Positions 1 to 10,500 of a stretch of 64,000 nt of DNA are shown here, one piece after another. How positions within the stretch are numbered: the first letter of the stretch is position 1; each line of letters opens with the position of its first letter. The notes below the pieces were generated by a model. That model had not been told where the DNA came from and made no database searches. It was given only the letters and a program-made list of their open reading frames with translations. Source of the DNA: Mantamonas sphyraenae STR306 (taxonomy: Eukaryota > Protista > CRuMs); contig JAPMXV010000052.1 of NCBI GenBank assembly GCA_026936335.1, positions 502,063-566,062 of the forward strand, read 5' to 3'. The position numbers and the translations under genes are program-made.

Positions 1-38
1 CACATGCTCCCGTTCCACGCCCTCACGTGTGTCCACAG

Positions 39-1189
39 AACTGTTTTACGACCGCGGCAACCACTACGAGTTCCTCAGTCTCGTCCGAGGTAAGAGTGTG
101 TCGGGAGGGGAAATCGTCCCCTTGCGTGAATGGCACCTTTTCGCGGCCCGCAGCCGGCCCTGAGCCCGTCTATGCCCACCATGCACATGCAGCTGACACA
201 CAAATTGCGTCCTGTGCCACGTACGCACAGAGCTGGAGGCCGACGGCGAGCTGACCGAGAGCAAGGAGCTTGCGTTTGAGTTTTCCAACGTGGAGAAGCA
301 GTACGAGTCGTACAATGGCATCAATGTGCGCCTTCGGTACGTTGTGTGACATGCCCTTGGGCGGACACTGTCACAGACGCAGACATGCGCATGCGCTGCT
401 GTGCATGTGTGGCTCCATGCAGCACCGTGCACTTTCATGAGACGCTGACCTGTGCGCATGTTCCCCCCCCTACCCCGCAGATACTTTGTGCGCTGCACCA
501 TTCTCCGCCAGTACAGCAGCAACATCGAAACCGAGGTTGATTTTTGGGTGCAGAACAGGGACGAGCCGCCCGAGCACAACTCGTCCCTCAAGATGGAGGT
601 GGGCATCGAGGATTGCCTTCACCTGGAGTTTGAGTACGATCGCTCCAAGTACCACCTCAAGGACGTCATTGTGGGCAAGATCTACTTCCTGCTTGTGCGC
701 ATCAAGATCAAGCACATGGAAATCTCCCTCATCCGGCGCGAAAGCACTGGCTCGGGCCCCAACCTGTACAACGAGAGCGAGACCGTCACCAAGTTTGAAA
801 TCATGGATGGCGCCCCCGTGCGCGGCGAATCCATCCCCATCCGTCTCTTCCTCAGTGGCTTTGAGCTGACCCCCACCTACCGCTCTGTCCACAACAAGTT
901 CTCCGTCAAATACTACCTCAACCTTGTCCTCGTCGACCGCGACGACCGCCGCTACTTTAAGCAGCAAGAGATCACCCTGTGGCGCAAGGACATCCAGGGT
1001 GAAGCCAAGCCTGTGTTTGTGGAGAAGGGTTACGACGCCGAGGACAAGGCGCGCGAGGAGAAGCGCAAACAGGAGATTGCACGCAAGAAGGCCGAGCAGG
1101 CTGCGCGTGAGGCAGAAGAGGAGGAGGAGGAAACCGATGAAGACGACGACGAGTACGAGACGGACGAGGAGTCGGAGGAAGAGAATTGA
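39..1189 (+). CDS. VPS26: Retromer subunit VPS26 (5'-truncated; exons ~39-89, 231-336, 481-1189)
   Basis: Spliced exons give LFYDRGNHYEFLSLVR...EKQYESYNGINVRLRYF...IKMEVGIEDCLH-like (LKMEVGIEDCLHLEFEY), FEIMDGAPVRGESIPIRLFL and RRYFKQQEITLWR, all hallmark VPS26 motifs. GT-AG introns at 90-230 and 337-480. Confidence 0.96.
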
Positions 1190-1225
1190 CCTGCAGAGAG
1201 AAAGGGATGAAGGATTTTTGGATTT

Positions 1226-1933
1226 TCAATCGGCCAAGCCGTTCTTTTGCACAATGCGGTCTCGCTGCCACTTGCTGTTGCCCGCCTTGAAGCCACTGCG
1301 TACGTACTTGACGCGCAGCACACATGTGTCGCCTTCGTCCACACGAAAGACAAGCCCCTCAGCAGCTTCGCCGCTCGCCGAGTACTCCGACTCGCCCAGA
1401 GCCTGTTCAAACTCGTCCAGCGCCACCGTCTTGCCGCCTGCATCTTCAATCACCGCTCTGCACGGCACCAACTTCAGCTCTGTGTCCTGGGTCATCTCTT
1501 GCAGCTTGCGCAGGGAGACAAAGGTTTGCGAGGACCGATCAAACGCGTCAAACCAACTCACCCAGGCCGGCAGGGCGTCATACTCTGTCGCGTGCGTCGC
1601 GATGCACAATTCTCCGTACAGCACGTATGTATTGCCCACCACCTGTTTAATGTCGTCGTAGTTTTCCCAGCAGAATGCCTGGAAAACGTCGTACTGCGGG
1701 TGTTCGCCGTGGCCCAGCTCATGTGTGCGTCCTTGCATCACCATCTCGTCCCCGTCAAAGAACACACCCACGTTGGCGCCGTCTATCTTTTCCTGCACCA
1801 CGAGCACCTGTCCTTCCTCCAGCCGGATGCTTGACTGGCCCCATTCCTCGTCGTCGTCCGTCTTGTTTGACCCGGCCACGTGTGCTGTGCGTGGGAATGG
1901 GTATCGGATCTTGCTCTCGTTGTTGGCACTCAT
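1226..1933 (-). CDS. ATP-dependent RNA ligase family nucleotidyltransferase (intronless)
   Basis: Motif I QEKIDGAN (KxDG), N-terminal PRTAH, YGE, FDAFD, EGLVFR and RVKYVR motifs. First ATG at 1933. Confidence 0.82.
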   Translation of the reverse strand: MSANNESKIRYPFPRTAHVAGSNKTDDDEEWGQSSIRLEEGQVLVVQEKIDGANVGVFFDGDEMVMQGRTHELGHGEHPQYDVFQAFCWENYDDIKQVVGNTYVLYGELCIATHATEYDALPAWVSWFDAFDRSSQTFVSLRKLQEMTQDTELKLVPCRAVIEDAGGKTVALDEFEQALGESEYSASGEAAEGLVFRVDEGDTCVLRVKYVRSGFKAGNSKWQRDRIVQKNGLAD

Positions 1934-2025
1934 CGGTGTGCACCACACAAAACGCTAGATGATCACGTGACACCCAACAAGAAAGCAATTGTGTGGCAGA
2001 CAACGCGCAACTCAAACTTCCTCCT

Positions 2026-3852
2026 CTATTCGGCCTCCACCAGTTGCCATGGCAGCGGAGGGGACATGCGCTGGCTGTTTGCATCCAAATCCAGATCCAT
2101 GACGCTGCCAGGACGAGACAAGCTCGCACTGGTGCTGCTGGAACTGCTTGCAGACCCCGGCGACCAGCGATGGGCAATGGGCGCAAAGACAGAATGCGAC
2201 TCGACAATGGAAGTGGGCGTGAGGACGCGCACAAGACTGGGAGACGCCGAACACGACGATTCCAGCTTGATGCTGGTCGCGTGCGTCTTTGGCGACGACC
2301 CATTGGACGAGGCGTCGCTCCTATCCTGGCTTCCACCACGCGTCTGGCTAGCTTGCTCCTCCTCAATGGCATCGGAATCGTCAAAGGTGCTGTTGAACAG
2401 ATCCTGGATCTCGCGCTGGCACTGTGCCAGCTGATCCTGGTCGAATTCCACACGCGCAAACAGTGCGTCCAGAATGGCCTGGCGAGGCAGCCCCAGCATA
2501 TCTGCGGACAACAAAATGGATGAGGCTGTGATGACAGACGGCAAGTAGCGCAGAAAGGCATACTCGCATGCACACAGGTCCAGGAAAAACTCGGCGTGTT
2601 TGCGCACACACACTTGCTCCTCCTTGCTTCGTACGGGCAGATCACTGCTCAGAAGCACAAACAACGTGTGTGGCGACGCCACAAGCAGGTTCCACTGCAG
2701 TGTACGCAGCACATCCTGCTCCGCACGCTTGAGCGCTCGTTCGTCAAACCCCTCGCCCGCGCTGTCCACAAGGTCCCCCAAGCGCGGGATGGCTGTCTCC
2801 CGCAGTTTGCTCGACACAAGCACACATGCTGCGCCGTATTTTTGCAGTTCCCCCTTGTGCACGGGCTTTGTGGCCAAGAAGCGGTCCAGCAGCTGCACCG
2901 CCACCACGCACGAGTCCGACGTCATGCCAAAGTATTCGCATGCCTGTGTGAGGTGCGTTGTATGTTTGCGTGTGTGTGTGCATGTGTAAGTGTGTGCAAA
3001 TGGCCATGTCTGTGTCGGCCGACCCATCCCATGACTCAACACTGCCTGAGCCCCAAAAAACGCCCCTTGGCGCCAGTTTCCCGCTCGCCTCCAAGGCCCT
3101 TGCTCCCGCTTCGTACACACTTGGCAATCACACAGCCGCTCATGCACAAAATACACACATGCAACCTTTCCCCAGGCTGCCCCACGCACACATGCACACC
3201 CTCGCACACCCACACCGTCCAGTGCAAAGGCTGCATGCTGGAGGGCCCGCACGTTTTTTTTCGTGGGACTGATCACGTGATCAGCCCAAACCCGGAAAAG
3301 CGGTTGCCCTCCCTTCCCCTCGCTTGCACGTACCTCGAACATCCACTCCACTGTCATCTGCCTCATCCACGGCTTGATGCTCTGCTGTACACGCTTCAGG
3401 TAGTCGCTCGGCGGATGTACGTAGCGCTCTAGCGCCAGGTAATACGCAAGCTGGTCCTGCTGGTATTCGCCAAACGCCTCGTGGCCCACCTCCCACGCTT
3501 CCTCCTCCGCCAGGCGTTCCAGACTCGGTGCATCTGTGTACACTTGATGATGCCAGCCACGCATCAGCGCCGCCTGGCCCTCTGTCATTTCGGGTGTTTG
3601 CATGCCCAGAACAAGCCTCTCGCCCTCCGCTTCTTCTCCCTCCTCCTCCTCCTCCAGCGTCTCTTGCGACAGCAGCAGACCGCTCATCTTTGCATCCTCT
3701 GTCTCCATGCCCCCGTGCATGTTCAAGACGTCTCCGTCATTCTCCATCTCATCCAGCTCATCCCCGTCCTCCTCCACAACCAGGTCCGCAGGCACGTCCT
3801 GCTGCAGGACCCATGGCTCGCTCATGCGTGCTTCACGTTGTTCTTGCTCCAT
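2026..3852 (-). CDS. Cyclin, D-type-like (exons 3852-3334 and 2943-2026)
   Basis: After removing the 390-nt GT-AG intron (2944-3333) the cyclin box reads MRQMTVEWMFEACEYF...AVQLLDRFLATKPVHKGELQKYGAACVLVSSKLRET, with a C-terminal FLRYLPSVITASSI. Acidic N-terminus and Ser-rich tail. Confidence 0.88.
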   Translation of the reverse strand: MEQEQREARMSEPWVLQQDVPADLVVEEDGDELDEMENDGDVLNMHGGMETEDAKMSGLLLSQETLEEEEEGEEAEGERLVLGMQTPEMTEGQAALMRGWHHQVYTDAPSLERLAEEEAWEVGHEAFGEYQQDQLAYYLALERYVHPPSDYLKRVQQSIKPWMRQMTVEWMFEVRASEGKGGQPLFRVWADHVISPTKKNVRALQHAAFALDGVGVRGCACVRGAAWGKVACVYFVHERLCDCQVCTKREQGPWRRAGNWRQGAFFGAQAVLSHGMGRPTQTWPFAHTYTCTHTRKHTTHLTQACEYFGMTSDSCVVAVQLLDRFLATKPVHKGELQKYGAACVLVSSKLRETAIPRLGDLVDSAGEGFDERALKRAEQDVLRTLQWNLLVASPHTLFVLLSSDLPVRSKEEQVCVRKHAEFFLDLCACEYAFLRYLPSVITASSILLSADMLGLPRQAILDALFARVEFDQDQLAQCQREIQDLFNSTFDDSDAIEEEQASQTRGGSQDRSDASSNGSSPKTHATSIKLESSCSASPSLVRVLTPTSIVESHSVFAPIAHRWSPGSASSSSSTSASLSRPGSVMDLDLDANSQRMSPPLPWQLVEAE

Positions 3853-3998
3853 GCTGCTTCTATTGTAATTGTTTTCCGGCGTTCGGGTCACAAGGCCTGG
3901 ATGAAGCGGCAGAAAGTTCGGGCTGGTGCCAATGGCGCAGGCCACGGCACCCCACCATCCCGTCTTCCCTCCCTCTCCACACCCCACCTGCCGCAATC

Positions 3999-6971
3999 TC
4001 AACTGCGCCAATACTGGGCCCATCGATGGATGGTCTCCACCATTTGAGGAAACAGCGCACTCACACTCTCGGTAATCAACGTCTGGAAGTACTCCAGCGC
4101 CTCCTCGTCCGTCAAATCCAGCCGGAACTTCTCCTGGACCTTGAGCACACTCTTGTCTGGCTCCAGCGCAAGGTCTGGAATGTTGGCGTCGATCATCAGC
4201 ACAAACAAGTTCAGAATCAGGTTTGCGCTCTTGCGAAGGATGTTGAAGGCCTCGCAGCACAGCGATTTGAAGTCGCGGTACGACTTGCTGTCTGCCCCTC
4301 CCATGGCTTCTACCATTTCCTTGCACAGTTTCATGGGCGGAGGGAACGGCTTGGGGTCTCGACCCAGCAGGTAGCCAAAGTCCACATGGAAGAGCAGGCC
4401 GTCCTGCGTAAGCAGCAGGTTGTCCAGATGACGGTCGCCCACACCCAACAGATACGTGATCACAGAGTAGCCCGCACAACTGCGGATGTACCTGTCCATC
4501 ACCTCTGCCTGCACGCCGTACTCTTCGTTTGGATCCGGGTACGCCTCTGCAAAATATCCGTGGATCGGGTTGCTGCAATTCTTGTAGTCCGCCAACACGG
4601 CAGCCATCGCACGCGAGGGAATAAACTCCACAAAGCCGTCGTCGCTGCTGGTCGCTTGCACCTTGTACGGCGTCAGCTTCAGATCAAGGTTCTCTTTCTT
4701 CAGCAGCTTGTCCATCAGCGAAATCAACTGGATCACAAGCTGGTCCTGTCGCAGGTCATCTCCATGTTTGAAGATTACACCGTACGGTTCGTCCGACTGT
4801 TCCCTGGAAAACTTGATCAGCAGCGGGTTGAGGGCGCTTTTGAAAATGGTCGCCTTTTCTGGCACCACCCCTGTGACCACCACGTCCGCATCCACAGGCA
4901 GTGTCACGTGGTCCAACACCGCCGGTTGCAGGCTCTTGCCGTCGCCCAGCAGCGTGCGCAGCGTCTCGATGCGCTTTGGCCGCGGGTCTTTCGACGCCTT
5001 CAGACCGGACATGATGCTTCCCAGCTGGTCCACCATGTTCTGTTGCAACTCCAAGTCATGCAAGCGCTCCGTGCCGCCCTCCACGTCCACCAGTGCCATG
5101 GAGTACCGGTCCATGACTCGCGAAAACCACTTGTAAAACTTGCGGTCCTCTTTGGCCACGCGAATGTACCATGAAAAGTTGTGGCCCATGACGGCGTTGT
5201 TTGCAGCCCGTTTGACCAAGAAGCGAGCCAGAGCGCTCTCGTCGTCTGTGGTTTCGTACCGAAGGGCGTGTACGAGCTGCAGCAGATAGTCCATGAGCTC
5301 CTCGTCTTCGGCGGTCTCCAAGATGGACACGGCATACGCGCGCACCTTGGGTGCCTTGAAATTGGTGCTCAGCAGCTCCAACGAATCGTCCACGTCGATG
5401 GGCGCCCACTCGTACATGAGCTCGACGGCCTCGCGGCTCTCGTGCTTGTCGCTCCAGTCCACACACTTGAGGAACTTTGTCAGAGCCTTCTTCTCGCGAG
5501 TCAGCGAGAAGCGGAACTTCCACAGTAGATCCTTCTCCTCTGCGCTGAGGTCCTTGGTGGGTGGCTGGTTGACAATCAGGGCAATCTGCTTGCGTTCCAT
5601 CGAATTTGGCTTCAGGTCGCGGTCCATCATGCCTCGGCGCATGCTACGTGCCAGTTTGCGGTACTTGGTCTCGATGGGGTTTTCCCTGTCCATCTCCGGG
5701 TCGGGAACGACAAACACTTCGCTGAGCGCGCTTCCGCTGCTGCCTGCGCTGCTGCTGCTTGCCGAAACTGCTGCTGCTGCTGCTGCTGCTGCTTGCGTTG
5801 TTGCTGCTGCTTCCTGCGCTACCCCCGTTGATGTTGCTACCTCCTGTGCCCCCCCCGTTTGCGCTGCTGCCCCCGTTTGTGCTGCCGCTGCTGCTGCTGC
5901 TGCCGACGCCTCCGGCGCCCATTCCCACGCTGCCTCCCAGGCTGCCCACAAGGGCGCTGGTGTTCAATGTGTGCAACACAGCCTCTTTCTCGTGAAATAC
6001 CACGTCGTACTCAAACGACGGCAGCTCCACGTGCAGCCAAAGGTTTTCGCTGCGTGTGTTGTCCTGGCGGTTGATCTTTTCAATCTGCTGAAAAGCAAGT
6101 TTGTCCAGCCACGGCAGATGCTGGATTTCGTTGCGGTCATACTTGTTGATCAGTCGCTCCAGTCGATCCAGTTCTGTTTCTGACGAATCGCGCAGCTTGG
6201 CTGGCGTCTTGCTCTGATCGTTGCCGTCTGCCTCCTCGTTGACCCAAAGCTTGAGTTTGTGTTTGGCCTTTTCCAACGACCTGTGCCACCACCATCACAC
6301 AAACAAGTGTCAGTTTGTGACGCGCATGCATGTGTGTCAGTGTCGTCTTCATGTGTGTGCTTGTCGTCCTCCCACACGTCACTCGCGACTTGCGCAACCT
6401 GTGTGACTCACCCGTTGGCTGTAAACAATTTGAAGGTGGTGCCGCCCACAGCCATTGCCTTGCGCGGCGAAAACACGTCCCACACAGTGAATGCAAGCTG
6501 CGCATTGAGGGGAAGGTCGCTGTACTTGATGGGAAGCACCAGCCACTGGTTCCAGCTGTGTGCAATGAGGCCAGGCGGGGTCACACGGCGTCGTTAGTGG
6601 CAGGCTGCTGCGGCGATGGGCGGGAGGGCTTTCTGTGTCGTACCGGCATTGCGAGCTGTATGGGTGATACGAAGTGTGCGCAGGCAGCCCAATTGGCTTG
6701 TCGTCGCTGTACAACTGGCAGGTGACATATAAATCGGAACTCTCTTGACTGTACAGGCCCGAGAAGGGCACGTAGGGATCGGCCGCCACGTCCACCAAGT
6801 CGTCGCGTGGACGGTGACCCTGCAGCGAGTCCACCTTGACCTGCACGTTCAAGGTGATGTCCCCACTGTGGAAGTACTTGTACTCCTGTCCATGTCCATG
6901 TGTCCAGGTGCAACCTCCCACTGAGTCAGCAAATGCGGAAATGCTCCAGCGCACCCAGCTCCACTCACCAT
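3999..6971 (-). CDS. VPS34: Class III PI3-kinase VPS34 (multi-exon; apparent 1-nt frameshift near 5760)
   Basis: C2 region ([27 protein letters not shown]), PIK helical region ([21 protein letters not shown]), kinase motifs [28 protein letters not shown], and C-terminal IHRWAQYWR. Start inferred from ATG|GTGAGT at 6971; an alternative is 7058. Confidence 0.95.
5735..5905. repeat. (GCT/AGC)n trinucleotide-rich tract encoding a Ser/Gly linker in VPS34
   Basis: Runs such as ctgctgctgctgctgctgct at 5768-5790 and 5888-5900. Confidence 0.8.
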
Positions 6972-7526
6972 CGCTTGTAAATTTTCTTGGCCCCCGCCTC
7001 GCAGTGCAACCCGGCCATGCTCCACGCAGTCAACGTCGCCCAGGAGTACTACCTCCATGTCACACTGTACGTTTTCCCATTGTGGCCTTCCCTGTCCTCA
7101 TCGTGCCGTTTCGCCGTCCGTCGACGTCGGCATCTTCGTCTGACCTTGCCCCGTACGCTGCTCCGTCCTTGTTCCTGCCCTTGCCCAACACAGAGAAACT
7201 CAGGACAAGGATACGACACTGGGGATCATTGAGCTGAAAATGCTTCTGGATGACGCTGTGGAACGTCTGTTTGGCGCTTCCGGTGTCGGGAGCACAAGCG
7301 TCGCTGTGCTCGGCTTTGACGAGAGCTCGTGCAGTGCCACGCTTTGTGTCAATGCCTCTGCCCTCTTTCTCCTTTGGGCTGCCATCACGCTGATCACAAA
7401 ACACAACGACGAGCCGTGTGCTGTGCGCGTCAATCGCTGCGTCCCTCATCTGCTCTCCCTGGCCACCAACAGCCGTGCCTGGACTCCCAAACCTGCGCAG
7501 TAGAGGAGGCAAACCAAATGCATTTC

Positions 7527-10500
7527 TCAGTCTTCATCCTCATCCTCATCCTCCTCATCGTCGTCGTCGTCGTCCTCGTCGTCGTCCTCTTCGTCGTCCT
7601 CTTCCCGTTTGCGTTTCGTGCCTCCTGTCCCCAGCGGGCTCTGGTTCTTCGTATCTGCCACTGCTCCAGGCATCGAAGCCTCGCCTTCATGCCCGCCCGT
7701 GTGCACTGCCCAGGCTTCTTGTTCGTTCACCGGCACGCTTCGGCGCTCCAATGTGCTGGGACGTGTGCGCATGGTCAATCCAAAGTTGCCTACCTTGAGT
7801 TCCTGTGCATGCCAATCTTCAATCAGCGTCCACGAGTCAAAGTATTTGCTCTTGGCACGCGCTGTGCCATGGCCGCGTCGTGGTTGAGGTTCATCTTGCT
7901 CGTCCAGCTCTTGCAAAAGACCCTTGAGCGACACCACCTGTCCATTCTGGACATTGGATCCACCGATTCCAGTGCTGTTGCTGCTGCTGCTGCTGCTTTC
8001 CACGCTCATCTCGTTGCTTGCGCGCGAATCGCCACGCACGAGTGAGAACGGGTGAGTCAGCGAGGTCGGCTGCACCATGGGCACATTGGACGATCCCTCC
8101 CACAGGGGAAGCACCGTGGCCACTCGCTGCCACGCTGGGTCTACGCTGCTCCAGTTTCCAATCTGCTTGCGCAGCTTCATGCCCTCAAACTGTGTGGGTG
8201 GCGCAGATGCGCTGGACGATCCCCCGCCCTGCATCGATCGTTGCCGTCGCATGTTCGATTGCATGCCTCGTCCACTGCTGCTGTTGCTGCCACTACTGCT
8301 GCTACTGCTCCCATTGACGCCTGTGCTGCTGCCGCTTGATCCCGCGGTGTTGCCTGCACTTCCGTTGCCATTAAACAGAGCCGCTGCTGCGTCCAGACAC
8401 AGAGAAAACACATCTGTGCCTTCCCACGCACGCAATTCTTGCATGCGCAGCAGAGCCAGCACTTCGTTCATCAGCTTTTCGTGCGGTAGGTTCTTGCGAT
8501 CTTGACGCAACACATTGGCAATGGCCACCACAATACGCAGCGCAAACATCAACTGCTTCTGCAGTACTGCTTGCTGGGATGCGTAGCGCATGCCGGCGGA
8601 CACTTCGCCAATAAGCGTCTGCAACAGAAGCAACACACTTTTGCCCAGCTGCCCGGCCACGTTTGGATCTTTGCCCAGTGTGCTGATCACTGGCGCCGCC
8701 ACACTCACCAGATTGTCCATTGTGTCTGATTGCCACTCCACAAAGTCAAACAGCTGGTCATGCTCGTTGTCCATAGCACTGCGATCATCGGCGCCCACCG
8801 ACGTCCTGTGTTCAGCCAGGCGTTTGATGCACGCACTCACAAGCCTGCACATCGACAGTGCCAAGCGAGGCACAGCCTGCAGAATGCGCGTAAACATGCC
8901 CAAGTGCTCTTGGTGCTCCTTGGAATCGCGCCCCGGCGCTTCTACGCACACGCAGCGCACAAAGGTGTGCAGCACGCGCTGTGTCAGGCTCGCATGCCGC
9001 TTGGGATCTTTGTGTACATACTCTGACAGCAGGGAAAGCAGAAGCGCGGTGCTCTCGGCCTCCCAACAAGAAGTGGTTCGCAGGGCGTTTTCCACCACCG
9101 TGCCAATGTACGCCTGGTCACACTCCTGGGCCGGATCCACGGCCAACCCAAGCATATCCTGGTGCAGGTAGTGCCACAGCTTCACCTGCCTGCCCACCTC
9201 CAATTCGCCCGCCACGTCCATTACGGCCTTGCGTCCCATCAACACAAGTTCACGCAGCGGAGCGCACGAAACAATGGCCTCCAGCGTTGCCTGCTTTGCA
9301 GCTGCCTCCTCATCCCGTGAGTCAGAGCCGTCCTCCGAAGTGAGCATCAGGCGCATCCAGCGCACCACGTTGCCATTGAGCCTGACATCTGCACGCACCG
9401 CGAGCAGTTCGACCTTGCTCTTCAGGGCGTTGTAGGCCAAGCTTTCAAACCACCACGCTTGCATGCTCTGAGCATCCTGTGAGCTGCTGGTACGTGCGGT
9501 TTCCTGGTCCAGAGCAAACACTGCCCTGCCCAATCGCATGCCCAACATTCGCTCACTGACCTCGTTGCTGCGTAGCGCTGGCAGAACAGTGTACTGCAGG
9601 ACGCGAGCGTGCGATACAAGGCCCATGGCCACCAACATCGATGCGATCTGGATCAACGCGTCGCTGCACGCCTGTTGGCTGGATTCCGAGGCCAGCGTCT
9701 CTGCATTGGGCATCCCTGCAAGGGTGGCCAGCTTGGCCATGTGCTGAGGCCGCATCAGACACACAGCCATGACCTGGCACAGCAGTTGGTCAAAGTTGCA
9801 CTTGCAGGCAAGCTGAGGCAAGGTGTCCACCATGGACAGCAGCATGCAGGAGCCGTACACATGTGCAAAGTGGCCTGATGCTGCATACTCGTGCACACAA
9901 CTCACAAGCACGATCGCTGCGAGCTGAGCTGCGTGCACATGCTGCGACGACATGGGAACCCACACATTGTGGCTCACGCCCAGGTTCCAAACGCGTGCCA
10001 CGCTGGCATCGTCACACACAGCCTCGCCTCCAGTCAACCAGCCCACCAGCGTCTGAAGGGGCTTGCTTGAGTACGACGACTCGGTGAGAATGGACCAAAG
10101 CCGCTCGTTGTCCATCTGCAGCGTTGACATTGCGTAATCCCTTTCCGAGTGCAGTTTCTTGCTGAGAAGGTTGCGCAGGCGTCGCAGGGGCACGTCATGC
10201 TGTCCCTGGCTGGTGAAGCGTTCAATGACCTCCACGTGGTCTTTGCCATACTTGTTGCTGTTGGGTCCACTCTCCTTGTGGATGTAGCTGGCAAACACAA
10301 AGTCCAGTCCCATCCATCCGTTTGCCACAGTTGACAGTTCCAGCTTTGCCAGCAGCGCACCCAGTACATCTTCGCTGAAGAAGGCTTGATTGCTCACGAG
10401 AAGGAACTCCATATGCGTCAGCTCGTCGTACAGAAGGCGCATCAGAGTCTGCGAAAACACCGCGTGTGCAGCATACATGGGTAGTGATGAGTGCTTGCCC

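Noticed and set aside
2026-4578. 850-aa ORF apparently fusing VPS34-region sequence to the cyclin
   Set aside because: Artefact of an off-frame read of the VPS34 3' end, an open intergenic stretch and a stop-free 390-nt intron. The cyclin starts at ~3852.
7060-7512. 150-aa minus-strand ORF between MED12 and VPS34
   Set aside because: No ATG start or recognisable motif; probably UTR/promoter sequence.
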